Below, one piece after another: positions 28,514-38,059 of a DNA stretch of 64,000 nucleotides. The notes beneath the pieces are model-generated. The model was not told where the DNA came from. It did no database searches and saw nothing but the letters and a program-made list of their open reading frames with translations. The position numbers and the translations under genes are program-made. Source of the DNA: Minisyncoccota bacterium (GTDB lineage: Bacteria > Patescibacteriota > Minisyncoccia > Phycocordibacterales > Phycocordibacteraceae); contig JALHOO010000001.1 in the NCBI GenBank assembly GCA_022842945.1, positions 157,830-221,829 on the forward strand, in the 5' to 3' direction. The first letter of the stretch is position 1. The number at the start of each line of letters is the position of its first letter.

Positions 28514-29758
28514 ATGCGCCAGAGCCAGCTATTCACAAGAACCAGGCGTGACGCCCCTAAGGACGAGGAGGCGAAGAATGCGCAGCTTCTAATCCGTGCA
28601 GGGTTTGTACACAAGGAGATGGCGGGCGTGTACACATACCTCCCGCTTGGTCTTCGTGTCTTGAACAACATCGTACAGATCATCCGCGAAGAGATGAATG
28701 CTATTGGCGGGCAGGAGATGGTACTAACCGCGCTCCAGGACAAGAAGCTGTGGGAGAAGACAGACCGCTGGGACGACAAGAAAGTAGATAACTGGTTCAA
28801 GACGGAGTTTAAGTCTGGAGGCGAAACAGGACTCGGCATCACACACGAAGAACCCATAACCCGCGTTATGTCCGAACACATTGCGTCGTATCGGGACTTG
28901 CCGGTATACGCATACCAGTTTCAGAATAAGTTTCGCAACGAGCTTCGTGCCAAGTCCGGCATTATGCGCGGCAAAGAGTTCTTGATGAAAGATTTGTACT
29001 CATTCGCAAAGAACGAGGAGGAACACCAGGTATTCTTTGAAAAAGCACGCGAAGCATACAAGACAGTATTTGCGCGCATGGGCATCGGAGACCGAACGTA
29101 TGTAACCTTCGCTTCAGGAGGCATGTTTAGTGCGTTTTCGGAGGAGTTCCAGACGGTCTCGGATGCAGGCGAAGACACTATTTTTGTAGATGAAGAGAAG
29201 AAGATTGCGGTTAACAAGGAAGTCCTTACAGACGAGAACCTTGCAACACTTGGTCTTGAGCGCGGCAACCTTGTTGAGAAGAAATCTATAGAGGCCGGAA
29301 ATATCTTTACCCTTGGTACACGCTTCTCCGAGCCGCTCGGCCTTACCTATATGGCAGAAGATGGTACCAAGCAGCCCGTTGTTATGGGAAGCTACGGCAT
29401 TGGTCCGACACGTCTTATGGGTATCATTGCCGAACTATTCTCAGACGAGAAGGGTCTTGTGTGGCCTGAGGCCGTTGCCCCGTTCCAGTATCACTTGGTG
29501 TCACTTGCAGGTACAGACGCCGGTATCACGTCTATTGCAGACGAGCTATACGCTGAGCTCACGCTGAAAGGCATCTCGGTCCTCTATGACGATCGCGACG
29601 CGCGTGCGGGAGAGAAGTTCGCAGACTCAGACCTTATGGGTATGCCGTATCGCATTGTTGTGGGAAGGGATGCGCTCGCAACAGGAGAGTACGAGCTCGT
29701 GCACAGAGCAACCGGAGAGGTGTCGAAGGTTTCTAAGGAAGATATTCTGAAACGATAG
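28514..29758 (+). CDS. proS: Proline--tRNA ligase (short form lacking an editing-domain insertion)
   Basis: N-terminus MRQSQLFTRTRRDAPKDEEAKNAQLLIRAGF aligns with the bacterial ProS start; class II motifs are present. The ORF opens at 28460, but conservation supports 28514. Confidence 0.8.
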   Translation: MRQSQLFTRTRRDAPKDEEAKNAQLLIRAGFVHKEMAGVYTYLPLGLRVLNNIVQIIREEMNAIGGQEMVLTALQDKKLWEKTDRWDDKKVDNWFKTEFKSGGETGLGITHEEPITRVMSEHIASYRDLPVYAYQFQNKFRNELRAKSGIMRGKEFLMKDLYSFAKNEEEHQVFFEKAREAYKTVFARMGIGDRTYVTFASGGMFSAFSEEFQTVSDAGEDTIFVDEEKKIAVNKEVLTDENLATLGLERGNLVEKKSIEAGNIFTLGTRFSEPLGLTYMAEDGTKQPVVMGSYGIGPTRLMGIIAELFSDEKGLVWPEAVAPFQYHLVSLAGTDAGITSIADELYAELTLKGISVLYDDRDARAGEKFADSDLMGMPYRIVVGRDALATGEYELVHRATGEVSKVSKEDILKR

Positions 29759-29760
29759 GT

Positions 29761-30822
29761 ATGGCTAAAGGAAACCGCTTTTCAAAGAACTCGCTCTTCT
29801 CAACCGACATCGGCATCGATCTCGGTACCGGCAACACACTCGTCTACGTGCGTGGACGCGGCATTGTTATCTCTGAGCCTTCGGTTGTAACAGTTAACGA
29901 AAAGACCGGACAGATGGTTGCGGTAGGGAAGGAAGCAAAGGCGATGCTCGGCAAGACCCCGCCGCATATCCGCGCTATTCGTCCTTTGTCGCACGGAGTT
30001 ATCTCAGACTTTGAGGTAACGGAAGAGCTGCTCGCGTATTTCATAAACAAGGCCCAGGGAGGACGGACGAGACTGTTTGGCCCTCGAGTGGTTGTGGGTG
30101 TGCCGACCGGTGTCACGAACGTGGAGAGCCGTGCGGTACGTGACGCTGCTATGACTGCCGGCGCACGGGAGGTATTCATCCTTGAAGAACCTATGGCAGG
30201 TGCTATTGGTGCAAAGCTTCCGGTTATGGAGGCGGTGGGTACTATGGTGCTTGATATTGGTGCGGGCACTACCGACATCGCTGTTATTGCGCTTGGCGGC
30301 TCGGTTACCGGCAAGAGCTCGCACGTTGCAGGAGACCACTTCAACGACGCCATCATCGACTACGTGCGTAGCGAGTTCCAGCTCCTCATCGGCGAGAAGA
30401 CTGCTGAAGACACGAAACTCGCTATTGGTGCGGTGCTTCCGCTCCAGACTCCCCTTGAGAAGGCTATCCGCGGACGCGACCTTGCTACCGGTCTTCCGCG
30501 CGAGATCCTCCTTACGGACTCGAACATGCGTGAGGCTCTCTCGCCGTCTTTAGACGCACTTATGGAGGCTATGAAGGAGGTTATCGAGAAGACGCCGCCT
30601 GAGCTTCTTTCTGACGTGCTTGAGCGGGGGGTAACGGTGTTTGGAGGAGGGGCTCTCCTGCGCGGTCTTCCAGAGCTTCTGGCGAAGATGCTTGGGGTGC
30701 CGGTGCACGTAACCTCGGACCCGCTCACGGCCGTGGTACGGGGTACGGGCGTTGTAACAGAAGATCCGCGTCCATGGCACGACGCCTTTATGCATGAAGA
30801 AGCGATTCTCCCGAAGACATAA
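29761..30822 (+). CDS. mreB: Rod-shape determining protein MreB
   Basis: IGIDLGTGNT and DIGAGTTD motifs; heads the mreBCD-pbp2 operon. Confidence 0.85.
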   Translation: MAKGNRFSKNSLFSTDIGIDLGTGNTLVYVRGRGIVISEPSVVTVNEKTGQMVAVGKEAKAMLGKTPPHIRAIRPLSHGVISDFEVTEELLAYFINKAQGGRTRLFGPRVVVGVPTGVTNVESRAVRDAAMTAGAREVFILEEPMAGAIGAKLPVMEAVGTMVLDIGAGTTDIAVIALGGSVTGKSSHVAGDHFNDAIIDYVRSEFQLLIGEKTAEDTKLAIGAVLPLQTPLEKAIRGRDLATGLPREILLTDSNMREALSPSLDALMEAMKEVIEKTPPELLSDVLERGVTVFGGGALLRGLPELLAKMLGVPVHVTSDPLTAVVRGTGVVTEDPRPWHDAFMHEEAILPKT

Positions 30823-31582
30823 CTCTCTACTGGGTGCGTATCCGTGGGCAGGACCCGCCGCGCTCTCTTTGTTGGTGCTCGTACTCCTGGTTGCTGTTTT
30901 GCGCTTCTTTGTTCCAGGAGCGCTCATGGCCGTTGCAACGCCCCTTTGGTACACCGGTTCACTGCTCACGGCAGGCGTAGGGAACAGCACGTCCTTCTTT
31001 TCTAATAAGACAGACTTGATGCGGGAGCGCGACCGGCTTCTGGCAGAGAACGCGGCATTCTATGCAAAGAGCGCACAGCTTGAAGCTAAAGTAGAGGATC
31101 TTGAACGGTTGCTTGGGGATCGCACGGAACGCACGGACGCTATCCTTGCAGGTGTGCTTACGCGTCCTCCGGTCTCTCCGTATGACGTGCTTATTATCGA
31201 CACGGGATCACAGTCTGGAGTTCGCGAAGGAGCGCTGGTACACGGTCCCGGCGGCATGCCGCTCGGACGTATTCAGAGCACAACTGGGAACACCGCGCGC
31301 GTGCTCTTGTATTCAACGCCAGGGACCGAGACTGAGAGCTGGATAGGTGACGCAAGACTGGCGGTTACGCTTGTTGGGGAAGGGAGTGGTGCTATGAGTG
31401 CGATTGTTGCGCGTGAAGCAGGAATCCTCGTTGGCGACATGGTGTATGCCATGGGACCTGGTGCGCAAGCGGTTGGTGTGGTGAGTGCGGTTGGAAACGA
31501 TCCTTCTTCACCACGGTCGCGAGTGGATATTAAGCCGCTTGTAAATCCATTCTCCATTACCTGGGTAACCATAGCGCCATGA
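30794..31582 (+). CDS. mreC: Rod shape-determining protein MreC
   Basis: N-terminal TM, coiled coil, and a beta-rich C-terminal domain; position in the operon. Confidence 0.65.
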   Translation: MKKRFSRRHNSLLGAYPWAGPAALSLLVLVLLVAVLRFFVPGALMAVATPLWYTGSLLTAGVGNSTSFFSNKTDLMRERDRLLAENAAFYAKSAQLEAKVEDLERLLGDRTERTDAILAGVLTRPPVSPYDVLIIDTGSQSGVREGALVHGPGGMPLGRIQSTTGNTARVLLYSTPGTETESWIGDARLAVTLVGEGSGAMSAIVAREAGILVGDMVYAMGPGAQAVGVVSAVGNDPSSPRSRVDIKPLVNPFSITWVTIAP

Positions 31583-31833
31583 TGCGTATTGGAAGCGTTG
31601 CGGTTGCATTCATCTCTCTGTTTGTGTTTCCTTGGCCGGTATCGTTCGCGCTCATTCTTGTAGCCAGCGTGTTTATGCCGCTTGCAGGTGTTACGCTCGG
31701 AATTCTTTCTGATCTCCTCTATTTTGTCCCTGGTTCCGCATTCGTGCCGTACGGCTCGCTCTTTGGCCTCGTCTGTACCGTAGGTTCGCTTTTGATGCAG
31801 AGGTTCGTGAAGACGCGTATTATGGGTGAATGA
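31579..31833 (+). CDS. mreD: MreD-like small membrane protein
   Basis: 84-aa polytopic membrane protein between mreC and pbp2, with 4-nt overlaps on both sides. Confidence 0.5.
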   Translation: MMRIGSVAVAFISLFVFPWPVSFALILVASVFMPLAGVTLGILSDLLYFVPGSAFVPYGSLFGLVCTVGSLLMQRFVKTRIMGE

Positions 31834-33506
31834 TCTTCGGGAAGTATCACCGCAGGAAGAAGCGTGCACATCAGCTCGATCCAGACGAGATTTTCTTGGA
31901 TTCTTCCAACCCCTCTGGCTTTGACCAGAGCAGGCTTGAAGGAAAGCTTGAAAAGCCTATCGCACGCACCACGTTCTCATCAGTTGGGTTCGTTATCCTT
32001 GTCCTTCTTTTTACGCTTATAGCGCAGGCTGCAAACCTCCAGGTGCGCCAGGGAGACACGTATGCGCTTCAGAGCGAGCGCAATCGTTTGCGTCCCCAGG
32101 TCTTATTCGCTGAGCGCGGCGCTATCGTAGATCGCAATGGGGAGGCGCTCGTATACAACGAAGAGGGGGAGGGCGGGTTCGTTCGGAGAGTATACGAGTA
32201 TCCAGGCTTCTCCCATCTCTTAGGATACGTCTCGTACCCGAAGCAAGATTCCTCCGGCAACTTCTATGAGACGGAGATTAGGGGATTGAATGGTGTCGAG
32301 GAAGCTATGGACGATGTGCTGTCAGGCGAGAATGGCACCCTTTTGGTTGAGGAGAATGCGCATGGCGACGTACAGTCTTCAGGTACAGTGAAGCCAGCCG
32401 AAAAGGGCGAGACTGTTATGCTTTCTGTAGACTCACGAGCCCAGCGTGCGTTTGCGCGTGCCGTGTCCGAGCTTGTGAACAGTATCCCGTATATGGGCGG
32501 GTCTGCCATTCTTATGGACATACGCACAGGGGAAGTACACGCACTCGTGTCCTACCCTGAATACAATCCGAACGTCCTTTCCTCAGGCGGGCCCTCGAGT
32601 GTTATTGCCTCGTACCACACAGACCCGCGACGGGTATATCTCGATCGTGCGGTATCCGGTCTTTATACACCCGGTTCCATCGTTAAGCCGATGGAAATCG
32701 CAGGTGCGCTCTCAGACGGGATTGTTTCGCCTGAGTGGGGCATAGTCTCAACCGGTTCTATCTCCATACCAAACCCGTATGATGCGTCTCGTCCGTCCAT
32801 ATTCAAGGACTGGAAGGCGCACGGGTGGGTAGATGCGCGGCGTGCGGTTGCCGTATCCTCTGACGTCTATTTCTATGCCATTGGAGGAGGGTACAGAGAC
32901 GTTAAAGGACTCGGTATTGAGCGGCTTAAGTATTGGTACGATGCGTTTGGCTTTACGTCGCCAACGGGTATTGAGCTTTCTGGGGAGGCAACCGGGTTTG
33001 TGCCAACGCCTGAGTGGAAGCAGAGGACCTTTGACGATCCATGGCGTCTTGGCGACACGTACAACACGTCTATTGGGCAATACGCGATGCAGATAACGCC
33101 GCTTGAGGCTGTGCGCGCGGTTGCGGCGGTGGCCAACGGCGGGAAGCTTGTGAAGCCAACGTTAGTTAAGGACGCGCCTCTACAGGGGCAGAGTATACAG
33201 ATAAGTCAGGATGCGCTTCGTATCGCACGCGAGGGTATGCGTATGGCAACAACTGAGGGAACGGCTATTGGTTTGAACTCTCTTTCGTTTGTGAAGGTTG
33301 CTGCAAAGACTGGTACTGCTCAGCTTGGTGTGAACAACGAGTTCCATAGCTCATGGTCTGTGGGGTACTTCCCGTACGACAATCCCAAATATGCGTTCGC
33401 TATTGTTATGGAGCGCGGACCATCTACGAATGCTATCGGCGGTATTTTCGTGACACACCAGGCACTTACTGAAATGAACCAGACCGCGCCTGAGTATTTT
33501 GACTAG
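31830..33506 (+). CDS. mrdA: Penicillin-binding protein 2 (elongasome transpeptidase)
   Basis: SIVKP (SxxK), SSD-like and KTGTAQ motifs. Confidence 0.85.
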   Translation: MIFGKYHRRKKRAHQLDPDEIFLDSSNPSGFDQSRLEGKLEKPIARTTFSSVGFVILVLLFTLIAQAANLQVRQGDTYALQSERNRLRPQVLFAERGAIVDRNGEALVYNEEGEGGFVRRVYEYPGFSHLLGYVSYPKQDSSGNFYETEIRGLNGVEEAMDDVLSGENGTLLVEENAHGDVQSSGTVKPAEKGETVMLSVDSRAQRAFARAVSELVNSIPYMGGSAILMDIRTGEVHALVSYPEYNPNVLSSGGPSSVIASYHTDPRRVYLDRAVSGLYTPGSIVKPMEIAGALSDGIVSPEWGIVSTGSISIPNPYDASRPSIFKDWKAHGWVDARRAVAVSSDVYFYAIGGGYRDVKGLGIERLKYWYDAFGFTSPTGIELSGEATGFVPTPEWKQRTFDDPWRLGDTYNTSIGQYAMQITPLEAVRAVAAVANGGKLVKPTLVKDAPLQGQSIQISQDALRIAREGMRMATTEGTAIGLNSLSFVKVAAKTGTAQLGVNNEFHSSWSVGYFPYDNPKYAFAIVMERGPSTNAIGGIFVTHQALTEMNQTAPEYFD

Positions 33507-33575
33507 ATTGACGGGGGCAAGAGAGCCCGTACAATACGTACACCAACTAGCGTTCACTATTCATTCACACAAGAC

Positions 33576-34046
33576 ATGACCGAACAGGATACCGTCGTAA
33601 GCCAAGAGAAATTCGACGAGATGATAAAGGAGCTCGAGAATCTTAAAACCGTTCGCCGCACAGAGATTGCGGAGAACCTTGAGTACGCTCGTTCGCTCGG
33701 CGACCTTTCGGAGAACGCAGAATACCAGGAGGCCCGCGAGCTGCAGGCGGCAACCGAAGAGCGCATCAGAAAGCTGGAGGAGCTCGTGAAGCGTGCGAAG
33801 ATTGTCACAGACGGCAAGAAGAAAGACGTCGTCGGCTTTAGCTCGGTCGTTACGATAAAGAAGGAGGGAAGTGGAGACGCGCACGAGTACACCATTGTTG
33901 GCTCTGAAGAAGCAGATATGCGCATCCACAAGCTCTCGCACGTCTCGCCACTTGGGTCCGCACTCATGGGCAAGAAGAAGGGAGATACCTTCACGTTTGA
34001 AACCCCTAACGGGAAGCAGACGTATACGGTTGAGAAGGTAGCGTAA
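33576..34046 (+). CDS. greA: Transcription elongation factor GreA
   Basis: N-terminal coiled coil with acidic tip (DLSENAEY) and an FKBP-like C-terminal domain. Confidence 0.85.
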   Translation: MTEQDTVVSQEKFDEMIKELENLKTVRRTEIAENLEYARSLGDLSENAEYQEARELQAATEERIRKLEELVKRAKIVTDGKKKDVVGFSSVVTIKKEGSGDAHEYTIVGSEEADMRIHKLSHVSPLGSALMGKKKGDTFTFETPNGKQTYTVEKVA

Positions 34047-34065
34047 GGACTAGGAGATAAGAATT

Positions 34066-34094
34066 GGCCCCGCATACAGCGGGGCCTTTCTTCT
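34066..34094. terminator. Intrinsic terminator after greA
   Basis: ggccccgc-ataca-gcggggcc followed by tttcttct. Confidence 0.65.
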
Positions 34095-34573
34095 AGTCTC
34101 CAGAGCGCTCCTGTTCCCATCTCCGTTGCTGAGCTTGTACGGCAGTCTCGTAGGAGCTGAGCGGCAGTGCATCGAGCGGGACGCGAGGATACTCGATCGG
34201 CTTCTCCACAACCGGCTCATCATCCCCAGAGGTGTAGGGACGAGGAATCGGTCCGAGACTGGCGCGAGCGGATTCGTCGTGGTCGTTTTGCATGAGTATG
34301 CTCCCAGATCATGCGGTTGGAATGAACAGCGTTTCGTCTTTCTAACGAACGAGTCCCCGGCCTTTTCAGGTCGGGGACTCGATTCAAGTTTCTTTTCCTT
34401 ACTTTGGAGAAACCTCAAGCGAAACACCGACCGGACGCAGTAGTCCGAGGTAGGTGAAGACGAAGAAAATAATCTCTTGAATCGCTCGAGTCATTACTAG
34501 AAGAGGATAGCCCGAATAGAGACGGCACGCAAACCAGGGTTATACACAACTTTCTGTAAGAATCATGAACCAT

Positions 34574-34619
34574 GTGGGTGAAAGTGGCATATACTGACAT
34601 ATAAGTGGGATGAAGTGGG
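34574..34619 (+). promoter_or_regulatory. Candidate MraZ operator: four GTGGG/GTGGC direct repeats in two 10-bp-phased pairs upstream of mraZ
   Basis: GTGGG at 34574, GTGGC at 34584, GTGGG at 34605 and 34615. This matches the known MraZ-box architecture of GTGG[G/T] repeats with 10-nt periodicity. Confidence 0.55.
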
Positions 34620-34655
34620 AACATCGTTTCCTCACCAATCTTGCACCTTCTTACT

Positions 34656-35087
34656 ATGCTCATCGGAGAATACCGCCACACCCTCGATGCGAAGAACCGT
34701 CTTTCGCTTCCTGCGAAGTTCCGAAAGGAACTCGGCTCTTCAGTTATTGTGACGCGTGGTCTCGATCACTGTCTCTTCGTCTACACGAAGGCCGCATGGA
34801 AGACGGAGGCGAAGAAGTTTGCAGAGCACTCCACGGGAGCGGCAAGTGGCCGAGCTATTGCGCGCCTCATGCTTGCAGGCGCTAACGAGGCGGATGTGGA
34901 CTCTGCAGGACGCATCCTTGTCCCTGACTACCTCAAGAGCTACGCAGGCCTCTCAGGAAAGTGCGTGGTTGCCGGCGTGTCAGATCGCGTTGAGCTCTGG
35001 GACGAAGCGGCATGGGAGACCTACACCGCAAACATTGAGCGTGACGCTGACTCGTTCGCCGAGGCACTCGGAAGCCGCACCACCTAA
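34656..35087 (+). CDS. mraZ: Transcriptional regulator MraZ
   Basis: MLIGEYRHTLDAKNRLSLPAKFR, with DxxxR motifs duplicated in the C-terminal half. The ORF opens at 34641. Confidence 0.85.
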   Translation: MLIGEYRHTLDAKNRLSLPAKFRKELGSSVIVTRGLDHCLFVYTKAAWKTEAKKFAEHSTGAASGRAIARLMLAGANEADVDSAGRILVPDYLKSYAGLSGKCVVAGVSDRVELWDEAAWETYTANIERDADSFAEALGSRTT

Positions 35088-35091
35088 GCCT

Positions 35092-36054
35092 ATGGATACT
35101 CCTTTCGAGCAGCGACACGATACCGTTCTCCTTGAAGAGGCAGTGGATGTGCTTGAGGTTGTTCCGGGGGACGTTGTAGTAGACGCAACCTTGGGAGGTG
35201 CCGGACACTTCCGCGCACTTCTCGCAAAGCTTGGGTCTGAGGGAACACTGGTAGGTATTGATGCAGATGAGGATGCGCTCGTGCGTGCACAGGAAGTGGT
35301 TGATGCGATTGCCGCAGATAAGCGTCCAACAGTGCACCTCATCCACGGGAACTTCCGCGACCTCGAAGACATTCTCGCAAAGAACAACCTTGTACCTACA
35401 AAGATCCTCTTTGACCTCGGCTGGAGCGCCTTTCATCTCACAAGCGGTCGAGGATTCTCCTTCAAGGTTGATGAGCCGCTCCTCATGACGTATGGCGACC
35501 CAGAGGGCACCACAACCGCTGGAGACCTCGTCAACCACCTCTCGGAGAGCTCGCTCGCAGACCTGCTCTGGTCTCTTGGAGAAGAGCGCTTCGCAAAGTC
35601 TATTGCGAAGTCCATCGTCCTCATGCGCGAAGAGCATCCTATCGAGACCACGTTTGACCTCGTAAAGGCTATTGGCGAAGGTGCGCCGTCTTGGTACCAG
35701 CACCGCCGCATCCACCCGGCAACCAAGACCTTCCAGGCACTTCGCATTGCAACCAACGACGAGCTCGGAGCGCTACGCGAGGGACTGCATGCCGCTATCG
35801 AGCGCCTCCCTGAAGGAGGTCGTGTAGCGGTTATCAGTTTCCATAGCACCGAAGACCGCATCGTAAAGACGATGCTTCGCGACGCCGTAACAGAGGGAAA
35901 GGGAAGTCTTGCGCACAGAAAGCCTATCGCTCCTTCTGCACGTGAGCTTCTCGCAAACCCCCGTGCGCGAAGTGCGAAGTTGCGAACGTTCGTCGCTGGA
36001 GTGCCTACCAGTAAAAGCCGCATTAATCTAACTAGTTTCCCTGTATATGCCTAA
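35092..36054 (+). CDS. rsmH: 16S rRNA (cytosine1402-N4)-methyltransferase RsmH
   Basis: HxPVLL-like start (DTVLLEEAVD), SAM motif DATLGGAGH, and an FHSxEDR-like motif (SFHSTEDRIV). Confidence 0.85.
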   Translation: MDTPFEQRHDTVLLEEAVDVLEVVPGDVVVDATLGGAGHFRALLAKLGSEGTLVGIDADEDALVRAQEVVDAIAADKRPTVHLIHGNFRDLEDILAKNNLVPTKILFDLGWSAFHLTSGRGFSFKVDEPLLMTYGDPEGTTTAGDLVNHLSESSLADLLWSLGEERFAKSIAKSIVLMREEHPIETTFDLVKAIGEGAPSWYQHRRIHPATKTFQALRIATNDELGALREGLHAAIERLPEGGRVAVISFHSTEDRIVKTMLRDAVTEGKGSLAHRKPIAPSARELLANPRARSAKLRTFVAGVPTSKSRINLTSFPVYA

Positions 36055-36325
36055 GCTCACCGTTCCTGTTCTCGGATATGTTGCCGCTGCACTCGTAGCG
36101 ACGTATCTCGTGCTGATTGTGGTTACGGTGTCCATGGCGGCATGGCAGACGAACCTTGCGATGGAGGTGCACGAGACCGAAGCGGATATCGCACGTCTTG
36201 AGGCCCGTTACTACGACATGGTGGCGCAGATTGATCAGACAAACCCGGAAAGCCTCGGTCTCACCAAGCCTGGACGTGTGATGTACGCGTCAACACAGAC
36301 CGCACCGTCTGTAACGCTCCGTTAG
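36047..36325 (+). CDS. ftsL: Cell division protein FtsL-like
   Basis: 92 aa with a single TM plus coiled coil; position between rsmH and ftsI. Confidence 0.55.
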   Translation: MPKLTVPVLGYVAAALVATYLVLIVVTVSMAAWQTNLAMEVHETEADIARLEARYYDMVAQIDQTNPESLGLTKPGRVMYASTQTAPSVTLR

Positions 36326-36329
36326 TACT

Positions 36330-38057
36330 ATGCGTCGGGAGATTCGCACGAGACTACGCATCCTCACTATAGGGTTGGCACTCGTCGCACTCCTTCTCAT
36401 AACTCGGTTATATTTCGTACAGATTGTAGACGGAGAGGAGTTTTCACTACGCGCAGAACGTCAGTACCTTTCTGCAAGCCAAGAGCTTTACGACAGGGGT
36501 ACTATCTATTTCAGTCGCAAGGACGGCACGGTGCTTTCTGCAGCAACCTTGCGTAACGGCTTTACGATAGCCATGCATCCAAAGCTTGTTGAGGACGCTG
36601 AAGCTACCTATGCCGCACTCTCTGCTCTTATTCCCATTGATAGGAAAGTGTTCTTTGCGTCTGCAGCACGCACCGAAGACCCGTATGAGGTGGTTGCAAA
36701 GCGTGTGGGGGAAGATGAGGGGCGTGCAATACAGGCGCTCGACCTCGCAGGTATTAAGGTAGAGAGGGAACGCTGGCGGGCGTACCCTGGAGAGACCAGG
36801 GCAGCTCAGTCTATAGGGTTTGTGGCCTTTGATGACGACGATACGCTCGCGGGTCGTTTTGGTCTTGAGCGCTATTACAACGACGCCCTGTCCCGCGACT
36901 CGGTTGGAGTGTTTGGAAACTTCTTCGCAGAACTCTTCTCAAATGTACATAGCGTAGTATCTGATGCTCGGGAGACACGAGAAGGAGATCTCATAACCTC
37001 CATAGAGCCCGTGGTACAGGAGAAGCTGGACCAGATACTCCTCGAAGTGAATGCGCAGTATGGAAGCTATGAGACCGGTGGCATCATCATGAATCCGAAG
37101 ACCGGCGAGATTATCGCGCTTGATACCGCACCTTCCTTTGATGCGAACGATTTCGCAAATGGAGACCCCGCGCACTTTGGAAACCCACTTGTTGAACACC
37201 GCTACGAGTTCGGCTCTATCGTAAAAGCACTCACTATGGCAGCCGGCCTCGACTCAGGAGTAGTTACACCAAACACTACCTACAACGATACCGGCTGCAC
37301 CACACTCAACAACAAGAGGTTCTGTAACTACGATCTCAAGGCTCGCGGCGTAACGCCGATGCAGGAGATTCTCTCGCAGTCTCTGAACATGGGTGCGTCG
37401 TATGTCGCTCTTCAGGTGGGGCATGAGAAGTTCCGTGGATACTTCAAGGATCTTGGTATGGCAACAGAGACCGGTATAGACCTCCCAAGCGAGATTAAGG
37501 GAGACCTCGGCAACATCGAGACCAGTCCGCGCGACATTGAGTATGCAACCGCGTCCTATGGACAGGGTATCGCGCAGACCCCGGTGCAGATGATTCGGGC
37601 ACTGGGTGCGCTCGCTAATGAGGGGCAGGTGGTAACGCCGCACCTGGTAACAAAGATTAGGCTTGAGTCAGGTATTGATAAGCAGCTTTCGTGGGGAACA
37701 CCCGAGCGCGTGTTTAGCGCCAAAGCAGCAGAGGAAACTACACGCATGCTTGTTAAAGTAGTGGACGATAAGCTCGCTGGGGGCACTGTGAAGATCCCGG
37801 AAATGAGTGTCGCGGCAAAGACCGGTACAGCGCAGATTGCAGGTCCCGGAGGCACCTACTCTGAGAACAAGTACTTCCACTCCTTCTTTGGGTATTTTCC
37901 AGCCTACGACCCTAAGTTCATCATCCTGCTGTACACCAGGGAGCCTGGGGGAGTACAGTACGCGTCTGAGACCCTCACCCACCCCTTCATGGATCTGACA
38001 CACTTTTTAATCAATTATTATGAGATTCCGCCAGATCGCGCGGACTATCCAGGCTAA
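36330..38057 (+). CDS. ftsI: Peptidoglycan D,D-transpeptidase FtsI (class B PBP)
   Basis: SIVKA (SxxK) and KTGTAQ motifs; the dcw position. Confidence 0.85.
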   Translation: MRREIRTRLRILTIGLALVALLLITRLYFVQIVDGEEFSLRAERQYLSASQELYDRGTIYFSRKDGTVLSAATLRNGFTIAMHPKLVEDAEATYAALSALIPIDRKVFFASAARTEDPYEVVAKRVGEDEGRAIQALDLAGIKVERERWRAYPGETRAAQSIGFVAFDDDDTLAGRFGLERYYNDALSRDSVGVFGNFFAELFSNVHSVVSDARETREGDLITSIEPVVQEKLDQILLEVNAQYGSYETGGIIMNPKTGEIIALDTAPSFDANDFANGDPAHFGNPLVEHRYEFGSIVKALTMAAGLDSGVVTPNTTYNDTGCTTLNNKRFCNYDLKARGVTPMQEILSQSLNMGASYVALQVGHEKFRGYFKDLGMATETGIDLPSEIKGDLGNIETSPRDIEYATASYGQGIAQTPVQMIRALGALANEGQVVTPHLVTKIRLESGIDKQLSWGTPERVFSAKAAEETTRMLVKVVDDKLAGGTVKIPEMSVAAKTGTAQIAGPGGTYSENKYFHSFFGYFPAYDPKFIILLYTREPGGVQYASETLTHPFMDLTHFLINYYEIPPDRADYPG

Positions 38058-38059
38058 GT

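Noticed and set aside
34050-34427. 125-aa minus-strand ORF in the dcw leader.
   Set aside because: Overlaps the greA terminator. The composition is unconvincing, and the shorter in-frame 66-aa ORF with a Shine-Dalgarno is more plausible, if anything.
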